64,000 nt of DNA from Minisyncoccota bacterium (GCA_009885085.1 VFLK01000033.1:7135-71134); one strand, 5' to 3'; shown: positions 9,912 to 20,429, counted from the first letter of the stretch. Numbers and translations: made by a program. The notes: generated by a model from the sequence alone, not told the origin.

Positions 9912-10814
9912 TCAGAATTTAAATTCTTCTTTAATAAAATTTCTAAGATCTTCTTTAAGTTCAGACTTGCTGTTGGCGACTACCAAGTTTGCCTTTAACC
10001 AACCCAAAACATTGCCACCATCTAGATAGACTCCAGTTGGCGTATAGATACAAACGTTGTTCTTTTGAGCTAATGTCGTAGCAGAATCGGTAATGTAGTA
10101 TTCTCCACTATTAGCGTTTGGTTTCTGATCAGCAATAATATCAAAAATCTCTGGTGTAAAAATATATTTACTAATGTTAGCTAAATTTGATGGGGCAGTT
10201 CCAGGTTCTGGTTTTTCTACCAAATTATTCAAGTACGTAAATCCATTTTCTTTTTTGACAACTGCAATACCGTACTTATGCAACTCATTCTCAGGCTTTG
10301 CAATGCAGGTAACGAGTCCTTTTGAGTTGGAACTGTTGTATAACTCGATCATTGCCTTAGTTTCATTTTTTCCATCAGCATTAAATATAAAATCATCCCC
10401 CATGTAAACCAAAAAAGATTCTTCGTTCTCCACATGTTTTTTTGCTAGCTCAACAGGAATAGCCGTTCCATATCTGTCTGTTAATTTCTGAGTAATAAAT
10501 CTAAATTGGATTTTTTCACCAAACTCATTTTGACCATGCAAAGACAATTTGTCTTTATATTCCTCATACTTTCCCATTTTAATTAAATGCTCTTTTATTG
10601 ATTGAAATTCAGTGTAATAATTCTCGACCAATCTGCCTTCACTTTCCTTGACGACAAAGATGATTTCCTCGATCCCAGCAGCAATACAATCTTCAACGAT
10701 GTAATCAATAATAGGACGATTTAATATCGGTAACATTTCCTTTTGGATAGTTTTTGTAATTGGCAAGAATCTTGTTCCAAAACCTGCGCAAGTTATAACT
10801 GCTTTTTTTATCAT
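9912..10814 (-). CDS. galU: UTP-glucose-1-phosphate uridylyltransferase
   Basis: KAVITCAGFGTRFLPITKTIQKEMLPI signature. Confidence 0.85.
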   Translation of the reverse strand: MIKKAVITCAGFGTRFLPITKTIQKEMLPILNRPIIDYIVEDCIAAGIEEIIFVVKESEGRLVENYYTEFQSIKEHLIKMGKYEEYKDKLSLHGQNEFGEKIQFRFITQKLTDRYGTAIPVELAKKHVENEESFLVYMGDDFIFNADGKNETKAMIELYNSSNSKGLVTCIAKPENELHKYGIAVVKKENGFTYLNNLVEKPEPGTAPSNLANISKYIFTPEIFDIIADQKPNANSGEYYITDSATTLAQKNNVCIYTPTGVYLDGGNVLGWLKANLVVANSKSELKEDLRNFIKEEFKF

Positions 10815-11082
10815 AATGTGCGTAAGTATACCTCAAGGATAGAACTTTAACCACTAAAAATATACAGAAATTCGCACAATGATCCTACTTGCTGGACATT
10901 AGTAACTGTGATAATTTAATGAAGCTGTGGAATGTAGTGAAAATCTACAACTGTGCCGCAACGGTGTATTTTGATATTTTTCAAAATAAGTCCGATCTTC
11001 AGCAAATATTTTATTGACGAGCATCAAAATTGTGATTATTTATTTAGCCTTTGTACTAATAAAATAAACACCCGAAAAAATG

Positions 11083-11108
11083 CTCCCTTAATTGGGAGTT
11101 TTTATTTT
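11083..11108 (+). terminator. rho-independent terminator-like hairpin ctccc-ttaatt-gggag followed by TTTTTATTTT
   Basis: read directly; sits in the intergenic region with no + strand gene upstream, so it may end a short sRNA or be bidirectional for galU. Confidence 0.4.
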
Positions 11109-11195
11109 CTTCAGTAATCTAGCGGCACAGAATTTCCAGAAGCAAAAGCAATTGAACAGATTGCCTGTAAAAATATATTCTTGGAAAGGAATAGT

Positions 11196-11915
11196 ATGCT
11201 AGAAAAAACTGAATCACTCGATATGTATCACCAGTTTAATGGAGAAAATCCGCTAGGATCTTTCAAAATTGAAGATGTTCTTCAAATAACTGGATTAAAT
11301 ACTTTTCTTGATGAAATGAATGCTTTATTTAAAGAATCAAGTCCTTTTCTCAATCAAGTGTCCCTTTTGTTTACTCACTATAGAAGACAGCTTGCATCCT
11401 TGCGTATTGAGATGCTAAATAATTTAGCCGCAAAACAATTACTTCAAGATTTTGGAGTAGCGGGCATTGGAATAGATGATAAGGGAAATGCTGACTCTCT
11501 GATCACTCAACAAATATTATCAGTCCATGGTAAATTAGTTGTTAATTTAGAAACAACTTCCATAGAACTTCCAAGTTCTGTGGCTAAATTCACCACGTTC
11601 ATTGTCGCTGTTCAAAAAGAAATAATTCGGATTTTAGTAGATTCACAAAAATCTATTTCTGCTGAAATAGAAGCAAAAGAAACTGAAGAAACAAAAGTAG
11701 ATAATCATCTATCTAGTCATACAAATACACACCATCGTTTGGCATCTGAATCGATCCAAGTTTCAAGACAAGCTCAAGAAAAAAGAAAAAAAGCAACACA
11801 TATTGAAAAAGAAAGTGCACACAATCAATTAAAAACTTTATTTTCTTATCTAAAAAACATCTTTAATCCAGTTGCTATGGGAACTCGAGAATTCATGTCA
11901 ATGACTGCGCAATAG
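11196..11915 (+). CDS. hypothetical protein
   Basis: ORF 11181..11915; the second ATG at 11196 has a GGAAAGGA Shine-Dalgarno-like sequence; no family recognised. Confidence 0.45.
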   Translation: MLEKTESLDMYHQFNGENPLGSFKIEDVLQITGLNTFLDEMNALFKESSPFLNQVSLLFTHYRRQLASLRIEMLNNLAAKQLLQDFGVAGIGIDDKGNADSLITQQILSVHGKLVVNLETTSIELPSSVAKFTTFIVAVQKEIIRILVDSQKSISAEIEAKETEETKVDNHLSSHTNTHHRLASESIQVSRQAQEKRKKATHIEKESAHNQLKTLFSYLKNIFNPVAMGTREFMSMTAQ

Positions 11916-11947
11916 AACTTAAGTAAATTATAATACTCTGTTTGTTT

Positions 11948-11977
11948 AAAAAAACTCCCAACTGGGAGTTTTTTTAA
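11948..11977. terminator. bidirectional intrinsic terminator (A-run, ctccca-ac-tgggag, T-run)
   Basis: hairpin flanked by AAAAAAA and TTTTTTT; same gggagttttt core as the 11083 hairpin. Confidence 0.6.
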
Positions 11978-12094
11978 CTTCTATAGGCCTCACTATTTAG
12001 CTTGTTTCGGTTATTCTTAGTCTTTACAACTTACTTGAAGTGTTAGATACTTTCATCCAGATAGTGGGAAAGATTGGTAAATAAGCCTTAGAAT

Positions 12095-12529
12095 ATGTTT
12101 ATAGGAAAATTTTATCACAGTTTAGAGGAGAAAGGCAGAATTTCTTTACCACAGAAATTCAGACGAGAAAGCAACTCCTGGATAGTAACCAGGGGACTAG
12201 ACGGAGGACTCTTTATATTCAAAGAAGAAGACTTCGAAAAAGAAATTGCTAAATTCGAGTCACGCACATTCACAAAGAAAAATAACCGCGACTTTATAAG
12301 ATTGATGACTAATGAAGCACAGGCAATCAAGCCAGACAAAACAGGTCGAGTACAACTGCCCGAGTACTTGATAGAGTTTGCCAAATTAAAAAAATCTATC
12401 GTCGTTGTTGGAAGTCTTTCCCGTCTAGAAGTATGGGATAGGGATCTATACCACAACTACATAGATGGCATCGAAGACAAAACTGAGGAAATTGCCGAGC
12501 AACTAGAAGAAGGAACTACGATGATTTAG
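12095..12529 (+). CDS. mraZ: transcriptional regulator MraZ
   Basis: MFIGKFYHSLEEKGRISLPQKFR N-terminus; first gene of the dcw cluster. Confidence 0.85.
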   Translation: MFIGKFYHSLEEKGRISLPQKFRRESNSWIVTRGLDGGLFIFKEEDFEKEIAKFESRTFTKKNNRDFIRLMTNEAQAIKPDKTGRVQLPEYLIEFAKLKKSIVVVGSLSRLEVWDRDLYHNYIDGIEDKTEEIAEQLEEGTTMI

Positions 12530-12534
12530 TTTTT

Positions 12535-12599
12535 AAATAAATGTCATAAATGCGAACATTCAGGACTTGTTCCTGCGAGAGCATTTAAGATGTTTATTT
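12535..12599 (+). promoter_or_regulatory. long imperfect nested stem-loop between mraZ and rsmH
   Basis: arms aaataaatgtcataaatgc / gcatttaagatgtttattt (17/19) with an inner hairpin cagga-cttgt-tcctg. Confidence 0.3.
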
Positions 12600-12628
12600 A
12601 AAAAAACTAAATCAAAATAAAAGATACT

Positions 12629-13564
12629 ATGACAGAAAACGCACACATCACAGTTTTACTAGAGGAAGCTACAGAAGCCCTTCTCGTTAAAAAAGATCAT
12701 TGGTACATTGACGCAACTTTCGGCAAGGGTGGACACACTCAAAAGATCTTAAATGCAGGTGGAAAAGTCATTGCTTTCGACATGGATAAGGATGCAATCT
12801 CAGCAGGCAATGAATTATTTGCTTCAGCAATAAAACCTGGCAACTTAATCTTAATCAGAGAAAACTTTGCTCAAATTTCACCAGTCATTCAGTCACTAAA
12901 GGAAGATGGACAAATAAACCAAATCGATGGAGTACTATTCGATTTTGGAACAAGTACCGAGCAATTAAAATCTGAAGACCGAGGTTTTAGTTTCGAGGGA
13001 GACGGACCATTAGATATGAGAATGGACGATCGATTAGGTGTCCAAGCCAAAGATTTGCTCGCACTAATTCCAGCTGACCAACTCGAAGAGCTTTTCAGAG
13101 ATTTGGGAGGCGAAACAGATGCAAGAAGAATTGCTAGGACTATCAAAAGCAGTCCAGTTCCGATCACTACAACGAGACAATTAAGCGACCTAATTTTAAA
13201 AATTAGTGGCAAACAAAGAGGAAAACTTCATCCAGCAACAAAAGTTTTCCAAGCACTGCGAATTGCGGTTAATACAGAGCTAGAAAATATAATGATGGGC
13301 TTGCCTCAAGCATTAGAAGTACTAGCTAAAAAAGGCAGAATTGTAACTATAGCTTTTCATGAGGGCGAAGACAGAGAAGTTAAAACTACATTCAAATTAT
13401 GGGAAGAAGAAAATAAGGGTGAAAGTCTTACTAAAAAACCTGTAGTTCCAACTGCAGAAGAAATTAAAAATAATCCTAGATCCAGAAGCGCAAAAATGAG
13501 GATCTTCGAAAAAAATACTTCGGATCAACAAATATTGGACCAACAAACAAATGAAATTGAATAA
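12629..13564 (+). CDS. rsmH: 16S rRNA (cytosine1402-N4)-methyltransferase RsmH (MraW)
   Basis: HITVLLEEA...IDATFGKGGHT signature and position after mraZ. Confidence 0.85.
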   Translation: MTENAHITVLLEEATEALLVKKDHWYIDATFGKGGHTQKILNAGGKVIAFDMDKDAISAGNELFASAIKPGNLILIRENFAQISPVIQSLKEDGQINQIDGVLFDFGTSTEQLKSEDRGFSFEGDGPLDMRMDDRLGVQAKDLLALIPADQLEELFRDLGGETDARRIARTIKSSPVPITTTRQLSDLILKISGKQRGKLHPATKVFQALRIAVNTELENIMMGLPQALEVLAKKGRIVTIAFHEGEDREVKTTFKLWEEENKGESLTKKPVVPTAEEIKNNPRSRSAKMRIFEKNTSDQQILDQQTNEIE

Positions 13565-13838
13565 AACAAAACTCTACTACATAACTTTAATAACTATTCT
13601 TGGAATAAAAGTTGTAATGACTATTTTTGAAGGAGGCCTTTCATCTCACCACGGAGTTAAAATTGCTCAACTTAAACTTCAAAAAAATAATTTAATGCAG
13701 GAACAATTAAAGTTGACAACGAAGTTATCTCAAAAAAATTCTATTTCACATGTAATAAGTGATCAAGATCTTGCTCAATTTCATAGCATTGGTGATACTA
13801 TAATCATCACGACTAATAATGAAGTTGCTTCAAGATAA
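13551..13838 (+). CDS. ftsL: cell division protein FtsL-like (small bitopic coiled-coil protein)
   Basis: 95 aa, N-terminal TM helix, located between rsmH and ftsI. Confidence 0.55.
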   Translation: MKLNKTKLYYITLITILGIKVVMTIFEGGLSSHHGVKIAQLKLQKNNLMQEQLKLTTKLSQKNSISHVISDQDLAQFHSIGDTIIITTNNEVASR

Positions 13839-15608
13839 ATGATTCGAATATCAAAAAATAGATCCGTAAATCCCGAAATTTCAGAAACTAGAGGAAAAGT
13901 AGTTTTGATAATGATATATGTGGGATTTATAGCAATTATTTCCAGACTATTTTTCTGGCAAATTATTAAGAGCGATACGCTTCAACAGGAAGCAGAAGAT
14001 CAATATAGACGCTCCGAAACGCTTACTGGAAACAGAGGCAGTATTTTTACTTCAGAAGGATTTGCGCTGGCCACCAATAGCAGAGTTTATACCTTATTTG
14101 CCCAACCTCACCTAATTGAGGACGATCCAGCAAATATTTCCAAACTTCTTTTACCTTACTTATTAAATGAACTAGATGAATATAAAGATGCCAGTGATAG
14201 CGCATCCAAAGAAGAAATTGCCGATAATTTTGAGTCTCAAATTCAAACTAGACTGGAAAAAAAAGATAGCAAATGGATTAGTTTAAAAGCTAACATTTCC
14301 GAGGATACAAAAAATCAAATAGAAAACCTTAACATCTTTGCCTTAGGTTTTGATCCTCATTTAAAAAGATATTATCCAGAAGCATCCATGGCAGCACATT
14401 TAACTGGCTTTGTAGGAAAAGATGAAAATGGAACTGACATTGGTTACTTTGGAATTGAGGGAGCTCTAGAAAAAGAGTTAAAAGCTAGATCTACTCAGAA
14501 TACAGTGATAACAGATGCGCTCGGTCTGCAATTAAGTGGACATAATTCAATTAATGACAGCCTTATCGATGGGCGTAACGTGACCACGACAATTAGAAGA
14601 GACATGCAATATCTTATTGAAGAAGAAATTGAATCAGCAGTAAAAAAATATGGAGCTAGATCTGGCGAAGTTATAGTTATGGATCCAAAAACTGGAAAAA
14701 TTTTAGGATTAGCAGCATATCCTGATTATTCTCAGGCAGAATTTTATAAAACTGATCCGCAATTTCACAAAAACCCAAGTCTTAGTAATTTATATGAACC
14801 GGGCAGTACATTTAAGGCTGTGACAGTGTCTGCAGGAATAGAAGAAGGTTTAATCACTCCTGACACGATATGCACCAACTGTGATGCGCCTAGAAGGTTC
14901 GGACAGTACACCATTAAAACTTGGAATGATGTCTATAATCCAGAAATTACGATGACAGATGCTCTGGCAAAATCTGATAATATTGCCATGATTTTTGTAG
15001 CCGAGAAATTAGGAATTGATAAATTTAAAGATTATCTTCATAAATTTGGAGTTGGAGAAGAATTGAAAATTGACTTACAAGAAGATAGATCAACACCTTT
15101 CCCAGATCAATGGGGCGATGTTAAACTCGCCACTACTTCATTTGGACAAGGTTTAGTCGTAAATACCATGCAAGTTTTGAGAGTTTTTGCAACTATTGCC
15201 AATGGCGGAGTAATGATGAGACCAACAATTATTGATAACGTAAAAAATCCAACTACGGGTGAAGTTATTGTTAATCAGCCGATCGAAGAGCGAACAGTCA
15301 TCTCGAAAAAAACTGCCGATGCTGTCACCAAAATGTTAATTTCTGCTGCCGAACATGGAGAAGCCCAATGGATTGCTTCCAAGACTTATGTCACTGCCGG
15401 AAAGACTGGAACTTCTCAAGTTGTTACCGAAAATGGCTATGACAATGATAAAACTATCGCTAGCTTCGTAGGATTTACTCCTCCAGAAAATCCAAAATTT
15501 GTTATGATTACAAAGTTAGTGGAACCTACAGTCTCTCCATGGGCCGCAGAAACAGCTGCTCCTCTCTGGTATAAGATTGCAAATAAACTAAACTTACTTT
15601 TAAACTAG
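13839..15608 (+). CDS. ftsI: penicillin-binding protein / peptidoglycan D,D-transpeptidase FtsI
   Basis: STFK, SDN and KTGT motifs present. Confidence 0.85.
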   Translation: MIRISKNRSVNPEISETRGKVVLIMIYVGFIAIISRLFFWQIIKSDTLQQEAEDQYRRSETLTGNRGSIFTSEGFALATNSRVYTLFAQPHLIEDDPANISKLLLPYLLNELDEYKDASDSASKEEIADNFESQIQTRLEKKDSKWISLKANISEDTKNQIENLNIFALGFDPHLKRYYPEASMAAHLTGFVGKDENGTDIGYFGIEGALEKELKARSTQNTVITDALGLQLSGHNSINDSLIDGRNVTTTIRRDMQYLIEEEIESAVKKYGARSGEVIVMDPKTGKILGLAAYPDYSQAEFYKTDPQFHKNPSLSNLYEPGSTFKAVTVSAGIEEGLITPDTICTNCDAPRRFGQYTIKTWNDVYNPEITMTDALAKSDNIAMIFVAEKLGIDKFKDYLHKFGVGEELKIDLQEDRSTPFPDQWGDVKLATTSFGQGLVVNTMQVLRVFATIANGGVMMRPTIIDNVKNPTTGEVIVNQPIEERTVISKKTADAVTKMLISAAEHGEAQWIASKTYVTAGKTGTSQVVTENGYDNDKTIASFVGFTPPENPKFVMITKLVEPTVSPWAAETAAPLWYKIANKLNLLLN

Positions 15609-15628
15609 GTTCTATATATAATAAGACT

Positions 15629-16897
15629 ATGATTAAAAACATTATCTACAAATTAAAAAGACCTTATCATTTTATTAAAACTGGTCTGCTTAATGGATTA
15701 GTTGCAGAAATCAAATATAAATTCCCAGCCAAAAAACTCAAGATTATTACTATCACAGGCACAGATGGAAAAACAACATCCTCAACTCTTTTGTATCATG
15801 TTTTAAAAACAGCAAATAAAAAAGTTGGCTTACTTTCAACAGTGGCAGCCTATATGGGTAAAAAATCAATCGATACCGGCTTTCATGTCACTTCTCCTCA
15901 ACCATCAGATTTACAAAAGTTTATGAGACAAATGGTAGACAAAAACTACGAATATTTAGTACTAGAAGTAACCTCTCATGGTAACTATCAGTTCAGAAAT
16001 TGGGGAATTAAACCTGTGATTTCTGGATTAACTAATATTGCCAACGAACATTTAGATTATCACCTTAATTATGAAGAATATCTAAATGCTAAATCTGGAA
16101 TATTGTCAAAAGCACCAGTAGCCGTTATCAATGCTGACGATCGCTCTTATCCAATTCTGATAAAAAAATTATCAAATACAAATCTAATCACCTATTCCAA
16201 ACAAACTCCACTAGATCCAAAGGTACAGTCAATTATCGAGAAAGTTTTCCCTGAAGATTACAATCAAATGAATGCAAAATTAGTTTATGCACTTGCGAAA
16301 TCTTTAAATGTCAGTGATTCTGATTATATTGCAGGCTTAAAAACTTTTACTGGTGTCCCAGGAAGAATGGAAATTGTCAAAAATACTTCGGTAAATAGCA
16401 CCAGTAAAAATGTCAACATAATTGTCGATTTTGCACACACGCCTCAAGGTCTTCGATCTGTGTTACGAACTATCAAAGAAAAGATCGAAAAAAATGGCTC
16501 AAAAGGAAGATTAATTGCAGTTTTTGGATGTGCCGGTAGAAGAGATAAAGGCAAGCGTCCAGAAATGGGCAAGATTGGTGTCGAAGTTGCAGATCTTTCT
16601 ATTTTTACTGCCGAAGATCCTCGAAACGAAGATATTTGGTCAATTATTAGACAGATGAAAGAGCAACTAACAACGGGGCACAATAAAATAATTTCAATTG
16701 CTGAACGCGGGGAGGCAATCGAGTATGCTCTCACCAAACTAGCAAAACCAGGAGACACTGTTGTGGTGCTTGGAAAAGGGCACGAAGAAAGCATGAATTA
16801 TAACGGAGTAGAATATCCATGGAACGACATAAAGGCTATTGAGCAAATACTAAAAGGCGAACATCCAAGAGTAAGAGGTAATAGTGAAAATGCATAA
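15629..16897 (+). CDS. murE: Mur ligase, most likely UDP-MurNAc-L-Ala-D-Glu:diamino acid ligase MurE (short form)
   Basis: ITITGTDGKTTSS P-loop, DFAHTP motif (MurE-like rather than the MurF DSYNANP) and position after ftsI. Confidence 0.6.
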   Translation: MIKNIIYKLKRPYHFIKTGLLNGLVAEIKYKFPAKKLKIITITGTDGKTTSSTLLYHVLKTANKKVGLLSTVAAYMGKKSIDTGFHVTSPQPSDLQKFMRQMVDKNYEYLVLEVTSHGNYQFRNWGIKPVISGLTNIANEHLDYHLNYEEYLNAKSGILSKAPVAVINADDRSYPILIKKLSNTNLITYSKQTPLDPKVQSIIEKVFPEDYNQMNAKLVYALAKSLNVSDSDYIAGLKTFTGVPGRMEIVKNTSVNSTSKNVNIIVDFAHTPQGLRSVLRTIKEKIEKNGSKGRLIAVFGCAGRRDKGKRPEMGKIGVEVADLSIFTAEDPRNEDIWSIIRQMKEQLTTGHNKIISIAERGEAIEYALTKLAKPGDTVVVLGKGHEESMNYNGVEYPWNDIKAIEQILKGEHPRVRGNSENA

Positions 16898-17870
16898 AGT
16901 TGTTAGCTTAGGAGGTGGAACTGGAACTTTTCCAGTTGTTACTGCGCTAAAAGCTCTTAGAACAGATATTTCTGCCGTCATCTCAGTTTCTGATTCAGGC
17001 GGATCAACCGGAAGAATTAGAGATGAGTTCGGTTTTCAACCAGTTGGTGATTTAAGACAATCATTGGCAGCACTCGCGAATAAAGAACGACAAGAATGGA
17101 TTCAAAAAATTCTGCTTTATAGATTTTCAAAAGGATCTGGTTTAAAAGGTCATAACTTGGGCAACCTAATTTTAACTGCATTACAAGATATGACTGACAA
17201 TACCACTGAATCTCTAGAAATTGCAGAAAAAATATTTCATTTGGATGGTGCAGTAATCCCAGTTACAGCAAGTAATGTTAACCTAAAAATTCACTACGCT
17301 GATGGCACATCTGTTATCGGAGAACACATCTTAGATCATCAAGAAGAAAATCCTAAAAAAATTGAAAAAATAAGTTTAACTCCAGAATGCAAATTAAATC
17401 CACCAGCTCAAAAAGCATACTTAAATGCTGATTTAATAATCATTGGCCCTGGAGATCATTACGCCAGTATACTTTCAACATTAGTTGTTGATGGTACAAA
17501 AAAAGCCTTTAAAGAATCAAAAGCAAAAATAATGTACATCTCCAACTTGATGACAAGAAGAACCCAAACTCATGGAATGACTATTTCGAATCATCTAGAT
17601 CAAATTGAAGATGCAATTGGTAAAAAAGTTGATTTTATTCTAATTAATGATTCAACAATTCCAGAAAAAATTCTTGATATTTATGCCAAAGAAGAAGAAT
17701 TTCCAGTCAAAGATGACCTTAACGGAGATAAAAGAATAATTCGAGCAGAGTTGTTATTAGATAAAATTGTTTTTAAAAATGAAGATGACAACGTTTATAG
17801 ATCATATCTAAGACATGATGCAAAAAAACTTGAGTCAGTCTTGAAAAAAGTATTAAAACAACAAAGTTAA
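16884..17870 (+). CDS. YvcK/CofD-family protein (UPF0052, gluconeogenesis factor-like)
   Basis: VVSLGGGTGTFPVVTAL...VISVSDSGGSTGRIRDEFGFQPVGDLRQSLAAL matches the YvcK/CofD signature. Confidence 0.7.
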   Translation: MKMHKVVSLGGGTGTFPVVTALKALRTDISAVISVSDSGGSTGRIRDEFGFQPVGDLRQSLAALANKERQEWIQKILLYRFSKGSGLKGHNLGNLILTALQDMTDNTTESLEIAEKIFHLDGAVIPVTASNVNLKIHYADGTSVIGEHILDHQEENPKKIEKISLTPECKLNPPAQKAYLNADLIIIGPGDHYASILSTLVVDGTKKAFKESKAKIMYISNLMTRRTQTHGMTISNHLDQIEDAIGKKVDFILINDSTIPEKILDIYAKEEEFPVKDDLNGDKRIIRAELLLDKIVFKNEDDNVYRSYLRHDAKKLESVLKKVLKQQS

Positions 17871-17872
17871 TA

Positions 17873-19294
17873 ATGAAAATTCTTGAATTCAAAAGTTTTT
17901 TTCTTGTAGGAATCAAAGGTGTCGCCATGACGGCTATGGCACAACTCCTCACAGATGCTCAAAAAGAAGTATCTGGAAGTGATGTTGAAGAAGATTTTGT
18001 GACAAAAGATATTCTAAAAAAATTAGACTTAAAAATAATGGTTGGTTTTAATTCTGAAATTCCAGATGATGTTGATTGTGTAATTTATACTGCCGCTCAT
18101 GAAGGAAAATTTAATCCTCAAGTGATCGGTGCTGAAAAAAGAAAAATCAAAACTTACTCCCATGCAGAAGCTCAAGCTGAGTTTTTTAATTTAAAAAAAG
18201 GTATCGCCGTATGTGGCGTAGGTGGTAAATCCACAGTCTCTGCTATGATTAGCTGGATTCTTACAAAATCAGGCGCGGAACCTTCATTTGCAGTTGGAGT
18301 AGGTAATATTCCCGGACTTGATAAAACTGCTCAATGGGATACAGATACAGATATATTTGTAGCAGAAGCTGACGAATACGTGACTGATCCAAGTGCACCT
18401 CAAAGAAATGAAGAAATTACTCCCAGGTTCTCATTTTTAGAACCTTTTATCACAGTATGCACCAACCTAAAATTTGATCATCCAGACGTTTATAAAAATT
18501 TTGAGCATACTAAAGAAGTCTTTTTCAAGTTCTTTAATCAAATTGACAGCAATGGTTTTTTGATTATAAATTACAAAGATCTTGAGCATAAACCAACAAC
18601 TTCGGCAGAAACTACGCTCACATTTGGCGAAAATCCTAAGGCCGATTTCAGTTATAAAGCAGTTGAAAAAAATATTGAGCCTGGAACTAATGTCGGATTA
18701 TTAACATATAAAAATCTTGAATACAAAATTATTTTAAAAGTTCCTGGTTCGTATAATTTAGAAAATGCTGTGGCTGCCATCGCTGCCTGCAGCACAGTAG
18801 ACATACCAATTTTTGAATCTCTAAATGCGTTAGAATCATTTAATTCTACTCAAAGAAGATTTGAATTAATTGGTACCAAAAATGGGGTTACTTATTACGA
18901 TGATTATGCACACCATCCAAATGAAGTCAAATCTGTCATCGAAGCTTTAAATAAATGGTATCCAGACTCTAGAAAAATAGTTGTGTTCCAACCTCACACA
19001 TATTCCAGAACCAAAAATCTTTTGACAGAATTTATAGACTCATTCGAAGTAAGTGACAGTAAAACTGAGATATTATTACTAGATATTTTTTCATCTGCCA
19101 GAGAAAAATATGATTCCACAATTAGCAGTAATGATATTGTAAAGGGTGTTCAATCCAAGTTTAAAAATATCAAAATTTCTAATCTAGAGACGATTCACAA
19201 CCTAAGCGTGTACTTTGAAAATAATTTAAATCCTGGCGATGTTGTGCTAACAATTGGAGCTGGAGACATATATAAGGTGCATATCTTGATATAA
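17873..19294 (+). CDS. murC: UDP-N-acetylmuramate-L-alanine ligase MurC
   Basis: GIKGVAMTAMAQLL...VSGSD N-domain, GVGGKST P-loop, DDYAHHPNEV motif. Confidence 0.75.
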   Translation: MKILEFKSFFLVGIKGVAMTAMAQLLTDAQKEVSGSDVEEDFVTKDILKKLDLKIMVGFNSEIPDDVDCVIYTAAHEGKFNPQVIGAEKRKIKTYSHAEAQAEFFNLKKGIAVCGVGGKSTVSAMISWILTKSGAEPSFAVGVGNIPGLDKTAQWDTDTDIFVAEADEYVTDPSAPQRNEEITPRFSFLEPFITVCTNLKFDHPDVYKNFEHTKEVFFKFFNQIDSNGFLIINYKDLEHKPTTSAETTLTFGENPKADFSYKAVEKNIEPGTNVGLLTYKNLEYKIILKVPGSYNLENAVAAIAACSTVDIPIFESLNALESFNSTQRRFELIGTKNGVTYYDDYAHHPNEVKSVIEALNKWYPDSRKIVVFQPHTYSRTKNLLTEFIDSFEVSDSKTEILLLDIFSSAREKYDSTISSNDIVKGVQSKFKNIKISNLETIHNLSVYFENNLNPGDVVLTIGAGDIYKVHILI

Positions 19295-19301
19295 TTACAT
19301 T

Positions 19302-20417
19302 ATGGATAATTTATATACTAAGCTAAAAGCCGAATTTCCAAATCTAGAATTTAATCAAGAAGTTCTTTTGGCAAATTACACCACTGTAAAAATTGGTGGA
19401 CCAGCCGAAGTATTCTGCGAGACAAAAACGTCCCAAGAATTTGTAAAGTTAGTTGAATTTGCAGTCAAAAATAATATCCCACAGACTGTTCTTGGTTGGG
19501 GAGCAAACACTTTAATTTCCGACGAGGGCATACGAGGACTGGTCATAAAAAACAGCGCCAAAAATATTACTGTTCTTGAAGACGAAATGACACCACCGGC
19601 TGATGAAAAAACTTCCAACGCCGATGATCAAGAGATTGAATCCAGATGGCATTCAAACAAAGACAAAGGCAGCTTTAAATACGAATTTTCCGATCTTGAT
19701 TATGATGAGTCAGAATTTCCTATAGTTTTTGTAGAAATTGATTCGGGAGTTTCACTTCCATTTGCAATAAATTCATTAATAGATCAAGGTATAACAGGCC
19801 TGCAATGGTATTCTAGAATTCCTGCAACTCTTGGTGGCGCCATTTATAATAATGTTCATGGAGGCACTCATTTTATCTCTGAAGTAGTTGAATCAGTGAC
19901 AGTTGTCGACGAAAAAGGCGATCTAAAAGTGATCGGAAAATCGCAACTCAATGCTGGGTATGACGTTTCCAGATTTCACAGCAACAATGAGATTATAATT
20001 TCAATCAAACTCAAGCTTCACCTTGGAGACAAAGAAAAAGCCAAAAATGTCGCTAGAGAATGGGCCACCAGAAAGGCAGTCCAACCACAAAAATCTCTTG
20101 GATGCGTTTTTCAAAATATATCCAATGAACAAAAAGAAGAGCTTAAATTTCCTACAACTAGCGTTGGATACATTGTCGAACATATTTTGAATAAAAAGAA
20201 TTTTCAAGTTGGAGATGCCAAGGTCTCTGACAAGCATGCCGCTTTTATCGAAAATGTAGGTCAAGCAACAGCCAGAGATTATTTAGAAATTATTAAAATA
20301 ATCATTGAAGAAACGAAAAATAAAACAGGTATTACTCTCAAACCTGAAATATTTTTCCTTGGATTTAAAAAGCAAGACTTAGAAGGAATTGTAGATTTAA
20401 GAGGAATTGTAGCTTAA
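19302..20417 (+). CDS. murB: UDP-N-acetylenolpyruvoylglucosamine reductase MurB, with an acidic insertion
   Basis: NYTTVKIGGPAEVF...VLGWGANTLISDEGIRGLVIK FAD-binding N-domain; about 50-aa D/E-rich insert near residues 95-145. Confidence 0.8.
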   Translation: MDNLYTKLKAEFPNLEFNQEVLLANYTTVKIGGPAEVFCETKTSQEFVKLVEFAVKNNIPQTVLGWGANTLISDEGIRGLVIKNSAKNITVLEDEMTPPADEKTSNADDQEIESRWHSNKDKGSFKYEFSDLDYDESEFPIVFVEIDSGVSLPFAINSLIDQGITGLQWYSRIPATLGGAIYNNVHGGTHFISEVVESVTVVDEKGDLKVIGKSQLNAGYDVSRFHSNNEIIISIKLKLHLGDKEKAKNVAREWATRKAVQPQKSLGCVFQNISNEQKEELKFPTTSVGYIVEHILNKKNFQVGDAKVSDKHAAFIENVGQATARDYLEIIKIIIEETKNKTGITLKPEIFFLGFKKQDLEGIVDLRGIVA

Positions 20418-20429
20418 GAAAGATTTGAT

